DNA of 64,000 nucleotides from Octopus bimaculoides (taxonomy: Eukaryota): contig NC_068997.1 of assembly GCF_001194135.2 (NCBI RefSeq), positions 17,588,860 through 17,652,859 on the forward strand, written 5' to 3'. This document shows positions 39,794 to 52,576 of this stretch, piece by piece. Numbering within the stretch: position 1 is the stretch's first letter; each line of letters starts with the position of its first letter. The position numbers were made by a program, and so were the translations under genes. The notes beneath the pieces are model-generated. The model was not told the origin of the DNA and ran no database searches. It saw only the letters and a list, made by a program, of their open reading frames with translations.

Positions 39794-40764
39794 CTGTGCA
39801 TCTTTGTGTCTCTCTCTGCACAGCTTGTAATCTGCTGTAGGTTTTTTCTGTTCTACGTCACTATAATATAACGGTTCCTCGAAATTCTTCAAAAGTACCC
39901 GTAAGAAACTTCATAAAGTTTCGGATTTGATGGAGTTAATACTTTAATGTGGCACCCTAGTATGGCCATAGACCAATGACTGGAAGGATTCAACTGAACA
40001 AGCCATCGACATAGACAGACTGACAAAGAAATTGATAGATAGATAGATAGATAGATAACTAAAATGAAACTTCCTTTTCTATGTATGAGTATTTATCCAT
40101 CTTACTATAAAAAGAAATCAATTTTATATTCAAGATGTTCGGTCGGACTTAAGCACTCTGGGTGTGTCTTTGCACGTGTTCCTGTGTGTCTGTACACAAA
40201 ACTTATACTAGCTTTGAAAAAAAGAAGCAATTACATTTGTTTAGTTTCAGAGTTCTCTGAAACTGACTCTCAGAAGCAGGGAGGTACTGGTCACCAATAT
40301 ATGAAGGTCTGCTATATCAATGAAGTCTCTCTCTGTGGTTAAAAAAATATTGTGTAAACTTAATTTGTTTCCAGAAAAAGAAACGCAACTTCAAAACGTA
40401 TATTCATGACCAAGTCTACGGCTAAATGATAAATTGAATAGAAAAGATCTTCTGAGCTTATCAAATACTTTTGCTGAGATATTATGACCACAAGGCAAGC
40501 TCATGTCACACAATAAAGAGTTTTTATTGTTTTGGTCTTTCACAACAATATCGTGATTAGTAGCTTTGACGGTCTATTCTCTATATACGTGAATGTCCCA
40601 AAGAATCATTACATTTTTTTTCCTCATTTGCAACCCCAGGATGGTGCTTGTACCATTTGTCAGCCGTTTTGATTTTATAATGCCGATATATTATCGAGTG
40701 TAGATATTGGCCACCTCTGGTATGTCTAAGTTTCTATTCTACTGGTGCCAAAACCTTAAAAACA

Positions 40765-40824
<60 letters not shown>

Positions 40825-40827
40825 TTT

Positions 40828-41035
40828 GTGAGCCGGCGGTACCGTTAGCACACCAAGCAAATGCATAGCGTGCTTTCGTCCGTCTTTACGCTCTAACTTC
40901 AAAATTCTGCCGAGTTTCACGTTGCCTTCCGTACTTTCTGGGTTCAAAAATAAATACCAGTTGAGCACTTGGGTAAATGGAAACGACTTACCCCCTCTTC
41001 TAACTTGCTGGCCTTATGCCAAAATTTGAAATTAA
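40828..41035 (+). mobile_element. SINE family B monomer, diverged, directly after (ATT)n
   Basis: ACCGTTAGCACACCAAGCAAATGCATAGCG...GTTGCCTTCCGTACTTTCTGGGTTCAAAAATAAATACCAGTTGAGCACT. Confidence 0.75.
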
Positions 41036-41689
41036 TATCATTGTTATTGTTGATATTCTTCTTGTTGTAGTTTTTGTTGTTAATGTTATTATCATTGTTA
41101 ATCTGGTTTTCATCGACGGAAATATTTAACGGCCATATCTCTTATTTTTCTAGGTGAAACATAGTTCAGTTCTAGAGCATTTCATTAAGAGATAGGATAT
41201 ATGAACGTCCTTGACGCATCCATTATCTTTGCTGTTTCCTTTACAAAGAAAAAAAACATAAGGGACAACAATAACAACAAAATAAATTTTGCTTGTCTAT
41301 GTGAAAGATTAACCTTGTGTGTCCTATATTTTAAGAGTAAATTCAAACCATGAACATTGGAGAATTTACAAGCCAGAACGTTCTTTCTATTCATTTCATC
41401 AACATATGGCATAGATAGAAGTAAAGTGCATCCCACAGTCGATAATTGGAACCAGAATTGACATAAAAAGAAGAAGAATAGAAAAAGAAATAAGAAATGG
41501 AGATAGCTTTCATGAATTGAGGAAAGAAAATATAGGGTGAAAGGAAAGGAAAAAGAAAAAAAAGTACAGAAAGAAATATAGGCAGAAAAGAAAAAGGACA
41601 AAAGAATGTAAGGGAAATACAGATAAAGGGGGAACCGATATTGTCTTTTATATTTTATTTCTATCATAGATTTTCTGTTTTCATTTCGG

Positions 41690-41744
41690 TGTTGCTTGAG
41701 TGAGTGAGTGAGTGAAATGCAAATAGAAAGTGAGTGAAGTACTA

Positions 41745-41836
<92 letters not shown>

Positions 41837-42095
41837 GGAGAGACAGGGAGAAAGGTGGGTGGGAGACAGAAACATGACGCAGGAAAAAGACAATGTTGGG
41901 AGTGAAGGGATGATTGAAATGATTAAGAGTAATAATAGAAAATAATAATAATAACAGAAAATAATAATAATAATAATCATAATAATATAAGGACTTATGT
42001 ACCTACAGAAAGATATGTGTATATATGTGTATATATATATATATATACAAATATATATATATAAATGTAAATGCATATATATATATATATGTATA

Positions 42096-42179
<84 letters not shown>

Positions 42180-42282
42180 AGTATATACATATATGTATAT
42201 ATATATATACATATATATATATGTATATGCATATATATATATAAGTATATACATATATGTATATATATATATGTATATATAT

Positions 42283-42338
<56 letters not shown>

Positions 42339-42390
42339 GCATGTAATACACATGCATACAGATACACACAAACGCACACAAACATAGTAT
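41690..42390. repeat. Long compound (GAGT)n/(TA)n/(GA)n/(AAT)n/(TA)n/(CA)n microsatellite
   Basis: Direct reading. Confidence 0.95.
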
Positions 42391-42955
42391 GACAATACGA
42401 AGGTGTTAAAAGAAAGGAGTTTTATTTACAGCAATATTATCGTTTTATCGAGCGAAACGTGAGTTATCGTTTTCTTTAAGAAAGAATATCACTTTACAGT
42501 GAATTTATTCATTTATTTATATTTTATAAATTTTTGTAAGTAGAACAACGGTGAAATTTAAGGATCAACTGCAAAAAATTGAAGTGCGTATATATGCTTG
42601 CAGACACACGCATATACATATGCAGAAAAACATACACTCAATCACTTACACACACACACACACACAACACGCAACACACACACACACAACACACAACACA
42701 CACACACACACACTCACACACACATACACTCATAGACGGTGTATACCGTTCACGTAACTTCGTGAACATTTTCGGTCAATCAAACACCATTTTGGACTGA
42801 GTTTTCGCAATTACTTTTTGATATATTTGAGACAATGACATAGCCGAAAGTCAAATAATTATTTTATCATACGCTAATTAATTAGAGATTTTTATCGCAA
42901 AATTATCCCAATACATGCATCCCGGCTGATGCATACGAAAGTCTCTTTTTTATAT

Positions 42956-43117
42956 GCGTAGGAGTGGCTGTGTGGTAAATAGCTTACTTACCAACCACAT
43001 GGTTCCGGGTTCATTCCCACTGCGTGACACCTTGGACAAGTGTCTCCTACTATAGCTTCGGGCTGACCAAAGCCTTGTGAGTGGATTTGGTAGACGGAAA
43101 CTGAAAGAAGTCCGTCG

Positions 43118-43148
<31 letters not shown>

Positions 43149-43566
43149 NNNNNNNNNNNNNNNNNNNNNNNNNNNNNNNNNNNNNNNNNNNNNNNNNNNN
43201 NNNNNNNNNNNNNNNNNNNNNNNNNNNNNNNNNNNNNNNNNNNNNNNNNNNNNNNNNNNNNNNNNNNNNNNNNNNNNNNNNNNNNNNNNNNNNNNNNNNN
43301 NNNNNNNNNNNNNNNNNNNNNNNTATATATATATATATGTACGTTCGTGCATATGTTTGTGCGTCTGTGTTTGTTCCCCCAGCATCGTTTGCCAACCGAT
43401 GATGGTGTGTTTACGTCCCCGTAACTTAACGGTTCGGCAAAAGAGCCCGCTAGAATAAGTACTAGGCTTCCAAAGAATAAGTCCTAGGGTCGATTTGCTC
43501 GACTAAAGGCGGTGCTTCAGCATGGCCGTGGTTAAATAACTGAAAGAAGTAAAAGAGTAAAAGAGC
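42956..43566 (+). mobile_element. Full-length composite SINE family A; internal microsatellite contains gap 43149-43323
   Basis: Head GGAGTGGCTGTGTGG...GGGTTCATTCCC; the 3' module ends GTAAAAGAGTAAAAGAG. Confidence 0.92.
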
Positions 43567-43719
43567 ACAGGTATGACTTTAATCTGTAACCTCATGACAA
43601 CCTCTGGTTGGAACAGTTTGGAAGAACGTCTTAGACTCTATACTTCTCAAATAGATTCAGGATCAGATTAGTACCACCTGTGAGGGTGGCAGCTATGAAT
43701 TAACTAGCATACGAGATGG

Positions 43720-44230
43720 CATTCTGTCTGAGTGTGGTGACGCAGAAATACACTTGGTATCAGAATGTGCCGTACAAAAACTGAGGAGTATGGTGTCCCT
43801 AGCTATTATCACAGCATCTTTCTAACTGAGAGTCGCTCTCAAGTATAAACTGAGATTTCTCCTGATTACCTGGCATCTTACTTCTGCCAGTCGCTAGTTA
43901 TTAATCACGGACATTCAGAGAGGGTTATTCGTGTTATTCCATTGATGTACACATGTCTCTATCGTTACGTCATTTTCATCACAACTATTGAAAATTCTAT
44001 GGTGATAGAAAAAACATCTGAAAGCCTTAGAAAAACCCTACAATCTATATGTATTGCAAAAGCCGGCATTATTGGAACTGGACGCTTTCTGCGTAAATTA
44101 CTATCTGTCTGAGGTCCTTGTTGTGACTTGACAAACATTACAAACCCTCAGTAGATACGATATATATATTCAATCAACAACCTCACGATATTGTATACTG
44201 TGCGACGTCTATAATACTAGTTATAATCCT
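43720..44230 (+). mobile_element. Degenerate 3' end of an R4/Dong-like (RLE-type) LINE
   Basis: ECGDAEIHLVSECAV resembles the CCHC knuckle. TTGCAAAAGCCGGCATTATTGGAACTGGACGCTTTCTGCGTAAATTACTATC resembles the terminal LQKAA+LGT.RILRK+L motif and is followed by a short 3' UTR. Confidence 0.6.
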
Positions 44231-44316
44231 TTTTACTATGAAATCTGAGGCGGGGTCTAGTTAATTACATCGACGATAAAATTACTGTTCACTCTGCACT
44301 AGTTTTACGCTTTATG

Positions 44317-44347
<31 letters not shown>

Positions 44348-44739
44348 NNNNNNNNNNNNNNNNNNNNNNNNNNNNNNNNNNNNNNNNNNNNNNNNNNNNN
44401 NNNNNNNNNNNNNNNNNNNNNNNNNNNNNNNNNNNNNNNNNNNNNNNNNNNNNNNNNNNNNNNNNNNNNNNNNNNNNNNNNNNNNNNNNNNNNNNNNNNN
44501 NNNNNNNNNNNNNNNNNNNNNNNNNNNNNNNNNNNNNNNNNNNNNNNNNNNNNNNNNNNNNNNNNNNNNNNNNNNNNNNNNNNNNNNNNNNNNNNNNNNN
44601 NNNNNNNNNNNNNNNNNNNNNNNNNNNNNNNNNNNNNNNNNNNNNNNNNNNNNNNNNNNNNNNNNNNNNNNNNNNNNNNNNNNNNNNNNNNNNNNNNNNN
44701 NNNNNNNNNNNNNNNNNNNNNNNNNNNNNNNNNNNNNNN

Positions 44740-44786
<47 letters not shown>

Positions 44787-44819
44787 ATATATTTATAAAA
44801 TAATTAAACGGTGGCTTAT

Positions 44820-44944
44820 TAGCAATTAGAACCTAATGGTAAAATTGCTAGAGGTCACAAAAGTGACAGAGGGTGCTAATTAGCACCGCTTATGCTAAAA
44901 TAAGTTAAATTCACTCCAAAGCAACTACTTCCTATTTTAGCATA
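44820..44944. other. Chain of four consecutive inverted repeats in a TA-flanked cassette
   Basis: TAGCAATT/AATTGCTA; GTCAC-aaaa-GTGAC; GGTGCTAATTAGCACC; TATGCTAAAATA/TATTTTAGCATA. Confidence 0.9.
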
Positions 44945-45189
44945 TATATATATATTTATTTATTTATTTGCATTGTTATATTGTTAGATTTCGGGAGGGT
45001 CATTTGTCGTGTACTATATATTCGATTTATTATTGCTCTTGTTTTATGTCTTGTGTTTGGAAAACTTTCGTCATTCATGCTGTAGCCTCTTCAGCGACTC
45101 CTCACCCGACGTGTCTCCGCTTCTAGTCTGTTTAGCTTATCCACATATATGCATATCTATACACACATACACCCGCACAAACACACACA

Positions 45190-45229
<40 letters not shown>

Positions 45230-45592
45230 CACATATTTATGATCAAATAATCTTAAATCTCCTATAGCAATCTACACTGGAATGTACAGTGTACTTAACC
45301 CCATAGTGGTGGCTTAATTGGTTATACAAATCTTATTTCGTTTTAAAGAACGCAACGTAAAATAAGTTTATAAGAAAATAAGTGCACATAGTTTAAAACA
45401 TCAAACATTTGCACCAACAAATTTGTTAGCTAAACAAATATTGATGGTTATATGCGGTGTCTACTAGAGTGTAACTCCGCAAGTATTTGTATTTAAATTA
45501 GCGCGTACTCGAATGAATTCACAAGTAGGTGTGTTCATGTGTTCACCCGTATCTACTGAGTAACATTATCCCCATGAATATATATATATATA

Positions 45593-45823
45593 TACTCTTT
45601 TACTCTTTTTTTTTTACTTGTTTCAGTCTTTTAACTGCGGCCATGCTGGAGCACCGCCTTTAGTCGAGCAAATCGACCCCAGGACTTATTCTTTAGAAGC
45701 CTAGTACTTATTCTATCGGTCTCTTTTGCCGAACCGCAAAGTTACGGGGACATAAACACACCAGCATCGGTTGTCAAGCGATGTTGGGGGGACAAACACA
45801 GACACACAAACACATACATACAT
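45593..45823 (-). mobile_element. SINE family A 3' module, well preserved, running into gap
   Basis: Near-identical to 15412-15620. Confidence 0.92.
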
Positions 45824-46413
45824 NNNNNNNNNNNNNNNNNNNNNNNNNNNNNNNNNNNNNNNNNNNNNNNNNNNNNNNNNNNNNNNNNNNNNNNNNNNNN
45901 NNNNNNNNNNNNNNNNNNNNNNNNNNNNNNNNNNNNNNNNNNNNNNNNNNNNNNNNNNNNNNNNNNNNNNNNNNNNNNNNNNNNNNNNNNNNNNNNNNNN
46001 NNNNNNNNNNNNNNNNNNNNNNNNNNNNNNNNNNNNNNNNNNNNNNNNNNNNNNNNNNNNNNNNNNNNNNNNNNNNNNNNNNNNNNNNNNNNNNNNNNNN
46101 NNNNNNNNNNNNNNNNNNNNNNNNNNNNNNNNNNNNNNNNNNNNNNNNNNNNNNNNNNNNNNNNNNNNNNNNNNNNNNNNNNNNNNNNNNNNNNNNNNNN
46201 NNNNNNNNNNNNNNNNNNNNNNNNNNNNNNNNNNNNNNNNNNNNNNNNNNNNNNNNNNNNNNNNNNNNNNNNNNNNNNNNNNNNNNNNNNNNNNNNNNNN
46301 NNNNNNNNATATATACACACATATTTTTAAACGTTTCTCTCTGTTCTATTGGCTTGTTCTCGAAGTACGGTCTGTACATATGCTCTGCTCATTATATATG
46401 TACTTCAGTATGA

Positions 46414-46464
<51 letters not shown>

Positions 46465-46533
46465 CGTGTGTGTGTTTATGTACATATATGCATACACACG
46501 CGCACACATACTTATATGTATATGTATATACAT

Positions 46534-46860
46534 GCGCAGGCGTGATTGCGTGGTAAGAACCTTGCTACCTATCGAGTTGGGTCCAGGTCAGTTGCACCCT
46601 ATAGAACCTTGGGTAAGTTCTTTCCTCTACAGCTGAACAAAGCCTCATTGGTGTATATTTGGTAGACGGAAACCTAAGGAATCCGCCCTGTCTATATACA
46701 TACATATACATATGTGTGTGTGTGTGTGTGTCTCTGTGTATATGTTTGTTTCCCTCCCCTCCCCACCAACGTGGACAGCTGGTGTTGGTGTGATTACGCC
46801 TCTCGTAATCAACTGTATCAGAATGTACAGAGTATAGGCGATTGGTTAAGTATTTTCCCT
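46534..46860 (+). mobile_element. Old, diverged composite SINE family A-like copy
   Basis: GCGCAGGCGTGATTGCGTGGTAAG...TTTGGTAGACGGAAAC, then microsatellite, then TGTTTGTTTCCC...GGTGTTGGTGTGATTACG. Confidence 0.75.
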
Positions 46861-47629
46861 TCCAGTTGCGCGTACCGATTTGGAGGTCATCATGTGGCAT
46901 ACTGGATACGGGTCAGCAGTCGCTGTTGTCGAACAACGAGAACAACAAGAGGTAGGCAACTCAGAAACAATGTTTCGGTACCTGGACACAACGCTTAAAC
47001 GTACCTGAAATGACACCTTACCGTCTTAACGATGAGAAATATTGAATAAGGTAGTTCTAGTCAGGATGGTCTCAGCTGGAAGGCTAACTCCTAAATGAAG
47101 GTTGAGTCAGAAACATATGGCGATTCCTACAGATATTTTACGTATTTTACAGGCTGTTCATTGCAGGAATGCGTTTAATACGTGCAGGTTTACGAACTAA
47201 TGTTGACTTTCCCATTTAAATTTATTCTGCTATTGCATGCACTGATGGGTAATGAAACCCACACGCCTCTTGTGAACCGACACGTCATTTCAGGGACCTT
47301 ACAAAAACTGGGAGAAAGATCACTTCACTCAGCCTGGGAAGGGCAATATTTACATCGTGCACGACCGATTAAATTAAACTTATTGGCAAAGCATAGACGA
47401 ATGTCTGTGTAAATGTCTCTTCATATGCTATGTATGTATTTATTTATGTGTATATATATATATGTACGCGCACATACACACACGCATACAAACACCTATA
47501 TGACTAGGGTGTAAGAAACATCTACATTGCTAGAAATAAGAGCTAAAATGGTATAGTGCTGTAGTCAAAGAACATAATTGTATACATACATACTGACAGG
47601 GAATATAGTCACCCGAAAACTGCGGTCAA

Positions 47630-47690
47630 GAACTCTATAAAATGACCGGTCAGTTTCGGCAATTTCCGTTGCCTCATCAGTAGGAACTGT
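47630..47690 (-). ncRNA. Type I hammerhead ribozyme-like motif with canonical core
   Basis: Minus strand reads CCTA-CTGATGA-GGCAA-cggaaa-TTGCC-GAAA-CTGAC-CG-GTCAT-T-T-TA. Both core boxes are intact, stem II is a perfect 5 bp, stem III is a 14-nt palindrome with one mismatch, and proximal stem I is weak. Confidence 0.7.
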
Positions 47691-48305
47691 TCGACATCGG
47701 CAGATCCTGGACTGAATTCCCTGTTAGTATATATGTTTTCACCATAAAAATCTATGGATGATTTAGCGAAGCCCTAATGTGTTATATATATATATATATA
47801 TATATATATNNNNNNNNNNNNNNNNNNNNNNNNNNNNNNNNNNNNNNNNNNNNNNNNNNNNNNNNNNNNNNNNNNNNNNNNNNNNNNNNNNNNNNNNNNN
47901 NNNNNNNNNNNNNNNNNNNNNNNNNNNNNNNNNNNNNNNNNNNNNNNNNNNNNNNNNNNNNNNNNNNNNNNNNNNNNNNNNNNNNNNNNNNNNNNNNNNN
48001 NNNNNNNNNNNNNNNNNNNNNNNNNNNNNNNNNNNNNNNNNNNNNNNNNNNNNNNNNNNNNNNNNNNNNNNNNNNNNNNNNNNNNNNNNNNNNNNNNNNN
48101 NNNNNNNNNNNNNNNNNNNNNNNNNNNNNNNNNNNNNNNNNNNNNNNNNNNNNNNNNNNNNNNNNNNNNNNNNNNNNNNNNNNNNNNNNNNNNNNNNNNN
48201 NNNNNNNNNNNNNNNNNNNNNNNNNNNNNNNNNNNNNNNNNNNNNNNNNNNNNNNNNNNNNNNNNNNNNNNNNNNNNNNNNNNNNNNNNNNNNNNNNNNN
48301 NNNNN

Positions 48306-48342
<37 letters not shown>

Positions 48343-48675
48343 TGTAAATATATATTTATATAAGAGCATTGGTGTGAGTGTGTGCATTTGTGCGCATTGT
48401 ATACATATAGGCATATAGTCAGTGCCTGAAACAGCTTCCGTATAACATTTCACACGAGAATCTGAAACACGGAGACCTTCAAACCATTCCGTTGTAGTTT
48501 TTGTAGCGTAAAATGTCTACGAAAGAGACTGCTATGTTCAGCAGATTCTATGGTAGATGTCGTTCATTGTCCTCCAAATTCCTGAACATTAGCACGAAAC
48601 ATTATAAGGAGGTTGGTTGCTGTACATTATGCACACACATAAAAGCTTATATACGCATTCGTATAGACTCCTATA

Positions 48676-48748
<73 letters not shown>

Positions 48749-49514
48749 NNNNNNNNNNNNNNNNNNNNNNNNNNNNNNNNNNNNNNNNNNNNNNNNNNNN
48801 NNNNNNNNNNNNNNNNNNNNNNNNNNNNNNNNNNNNNNNNNNNNNNNNNNNNNNNNNNNNNNNNNNNNNNNNNNNNNNNNNNNNNNNNNNNNNNNNNNNN
48901 NNNNNNNNNNNNNNNNNNNNNNNNNNNNNNNNNNNNNNNNNNNNNNNNNNNNNNNNNNNNNNNNNNNNNNNNNNNNNNNNNNNNNNNNNNNNNNNNNNNN
49001 NNNNNNNNNNNNNNNNNNNNNNNNNNNNNNNNNNNNNNNNNNNNNNNNNNNNNNNNNNNNNNNNNNNNNNNNNNNNNNNNNNNNNNNNNNNNNNNNNNNN
49101 NNNNNNNNNNNNNNNNNNNNNNNNNNNNNNNNNNNNNNNNNNNNNNNNNNNNNNNNNNNNNNNNNNNNNNNNNNNNNNNNNNNNNNNNNNNNNNNNNNNN
49201 NNNNNNNNNNNNNNNNNNNNNNNNNNNNNNNNNNNNNNNNNNNNNNNNACCACACAGTCACCCCCGAAACCTATACAAATTTAATCTGCGATCCATGGGA
49301 CGAGCCGTTATAACGATGCGTCCTGCCCAAGCTCGTCGAAACGCCGGTGTTAAAACGTGGGTAGCTGATGAAGTAGAATGTTCTCTATGTGGCTCGTGTG
49401 TTCTCGTCTACGTTCGTTTGCAATGTCCTGCACCCAGATATGCAGCGATACATACCGGTGGATGTCGGTATGCACATACCTGTACGTATATATGCATATA
49501 CTCATTTACTCTTT

Positions 49515-49567
<53 letters not shown>

Positions 49568-49860
49568 TACATATATATGCGAGTATATGCGTGTGTATGT
49601 ATGCTTGTATAATTATCTGTAAGTAAACGTATCGTTTCAACCCTCCTTACCTACGTATAGAGACATTTGAACTCGAAGATGTGTTATCATACGTTTAGCA
49701 AACATCTTAGTTGGCTAGTTACACGTGTTCCTCACAACATCTGCAAGTTTGCTTTAATTCGTTGACACATGTTACTTATAATGTTCGTCAAAAAGACAAT
49801 CAGAATATGCGAAATAACAACAACAACGACGACGACGACGACGACGACAATGATGATGAC

Positions 49861-49894
<34 letters not shown>

Positions 49895-52183
49895 GTGATG
49901 ATGATGGTGATAAAATTCTGAAGCGTTAAGAAAAGGGAAAATAAGGAAATCTCTCTTCTCAAAACGAACATCTCTTACCAGATTCCTACAGTACTAAATA
50001 AATATTAACATTCTATACGCAAATATTTACTTAACTATATGTGCGGAATAGTTTACCATTTCAACATGGAAGTATTGATTTTATTTTGAAGCGTTTGATG
50101 AAAGAAAGAAAAAAATATACGAAAAATAACAAAAAGCAAATGATGCTAAACAATACGCCGAATAAACCTATATCAAAATAAAATAGCAGAGACGTTAAAA
50201 AATATCGAGAGGAAAAGAAATAATAAAACCGAAGTGTTTAGTATTATTGATTGTAAAATTTAATAAAATAGGAAATCCATAACATGTTTTAGTGTATAAG
50301 TGGATAGGTAAATACGACATTATTTTCCCATCGACATCTTTCACAAAATATTGACATTCAAGAAAGAAAACGGTTTTCTTCTCGGAATCGAAGCATTGAT
50401 GTAGTCTCCGCCAAGTGATTGATTATTTTTCAAATTATATATATATATATNNNNNNNNNNNNNNNNNNNNNNNNNNNNNNNNNNNNNNNNNNNNNNNNNN
50501 NNNNNNNNNNNNNNNNNNNNNNNNNNNNNNNNNNNNNNNNNNNNNNNNNNNNNNNNNNNNNNNNNNNNNNNNNNNNNNNNNATATAAAGTTCTTAATTAT
50601 CTTCGGCCGATTAATTTCGTTTTAGAACCGTTGCATTTTTTTAAACGTACAGACATATGTGTTTTTAAATATAAACTTTGTAAAGGAAGTCAGGATCACT
50701 GATCGTGTGTCGCCTGTGTGAGACTTTGAATTATACTTAACTCTGATCTTCTCTCGAAATGGAATCTATATTTTTATTTTAGAGTAATTATGCTGTTATC
50801 TATTCGACGATTGAATCATATATGTGTAATATAAAGCATTCAGTCACTGTCAATATACCAACAAGGTGTTGCGTAGAGGCAACTAGCTGGAATAATATTT
50901 GTGAGGTTAATGGCCAGAACAATTGCAAATGCGTAAGAGAATAATTTCTATCTTGAGTGTTGCGAAATTGACAGAATGATTCCCGCTTTTATCTCAGGAC
51001 TGAGACTAAATTTATTGATATGAAGATAGTTTAAAAGTGATTCTAAAGGGGTGAAGATATTAATTGGTATTATAACCATCTGCGGAATGTTGTCACTATG
51101 TAAGTAATTACTTTGTCTTTCAGCTGTCTGTTTTTATCATTGTCAGAGTTAAGATAAACTCATTTCATCTCTGAGTGTTTATATTTCCTGTGCATTCGAT
51201 AACAAATATGAGATATAGTGGTATACTTAACAATTTAATCCTTAAATAAACTTTCTCAAAAAAATACATTGTCGGTCATTTTTAAATCCACACGCTGACA
51301 CCTTAGCGATTTTCACTATATCCAATCTCTTGCAAGCATTTAGTGTCATTCTCCAACTGAAGTTAACTTATATTTCTTCCATTTATCAAGTAAACTTTGA
51401 ACCAGCCTCTGTGAGTTGGTAAAGGACACAAATAAATACGAATACACTGCAAGTCTAGACTTAACACAGTAAGTCGCAAAAAGAACAAAATGACCGCCGT
51501 ATGTTTTTCTCCATTATAGTCAATGAAAAGACGCGTATCAAAAAGCGATTAATATTGTTATTCTTTCATTAGAAATGAATATTTAAAACGTCTAAATAAT
51601 TAAATATGTTTACACCTACTTGGCTACCAATAACAAATCACGTTATGATGTACAATAAGACGCCAGAACATTTGTCTATTGATTATACGGTTATTGCTGC
51701 TGTTTATCCGAAAGCCAACTGTGATTGAGCAGATCTATCAGCCCAGAAACTCCATTTGCGAACACTATGTATATTTTAATATCTAAGACTAAATTATCGT
51801 TAAAGTACTTAATACGGATGAATTAAGAGAGACCTGGTCCATGAGTGCAACAGATTAAGAGAATATCTCTTCTCACGTCAAAACCACTACATTGTTTCAG
51901 ACAGACACAAACCCACATACACAGAGTCAGAAATGCACAACGCCAGGAGAGATACATATATACACCTATACAGCTATACACGAAGATACATGCCTGTGAG
52001 CACACGTGTATTTTAACTGACGTTAAATCGTTTAAGTAATTAGAATGCCGGTTGAAGCATATATCCGTGTCATATTTCTTTGTATTTTAAACATAATTTA
52101 GTGATCGCAATCCATAAAAAAGAAACTTGAAACATGAAACCGTGTAAAACAAAATCTTAGTGCCTGAAAACTTCGGTGTAAGA

Positions 52184-52493
52184 TACCCTGCGCAAGTGTT
52201 TTCCATTATAGACCAGGACAAACTAAACCATTTTGAGTGAGTTTGGTAGATGGAGACAGAAAAAAAACTTGTCGTTTGTGTGTGTGTGCGTATGTGTGTG
52301 TGTGTGTGTGAACGCGTGTTTGTGTTTGTCCTCTACTAAAACTTATCAAACATTGTTATTTTGTTTACGCCTCCATAACATCCGCATGGCTTGCAAAATA
52401 AGTACTATTTACTGGGGTAAATGTGTTCGAGTAAACCATTAAAGGCTGTGCCCCAGCATACTCGTAGTTCAAAGACTAAAACAAGTAATATAA
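52184..52493 (+). mobile_element. Old, diverged composite SINE family A-like copy lacking the tRNA head
   Basis: CCCTGCGCAAGTGTTTTCC...GAGTTTGGTAGATGGAGAC, then (TG)n, then AAAGGCTGTGCCCCAGCAT...AAAACAAGTAATA. Confidence 0.7.

Positions 52494-52576
<83 letters not shown>

Noticed and set aside
17813-43030. tRNA-like A and B boxes that might be tRNA genes
   Set aside because: No complete cloverleaf; each continues into SINE body sequence repeated elsewhere in the window.
49330-49385. GAAAC...CTGATGA in type II hammerhead order
   Set aside because: Neither stem I nor stem II can pair at the required positions.
51049-51099. 51-nt symmetric exon candidate with a perfect GTAAGT donor (GEDINWYYNHLRNVVT or VKILIGIITICGMLSL)
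   Set aside because: Weak acceptor, ambiguous frame, and too short to support.
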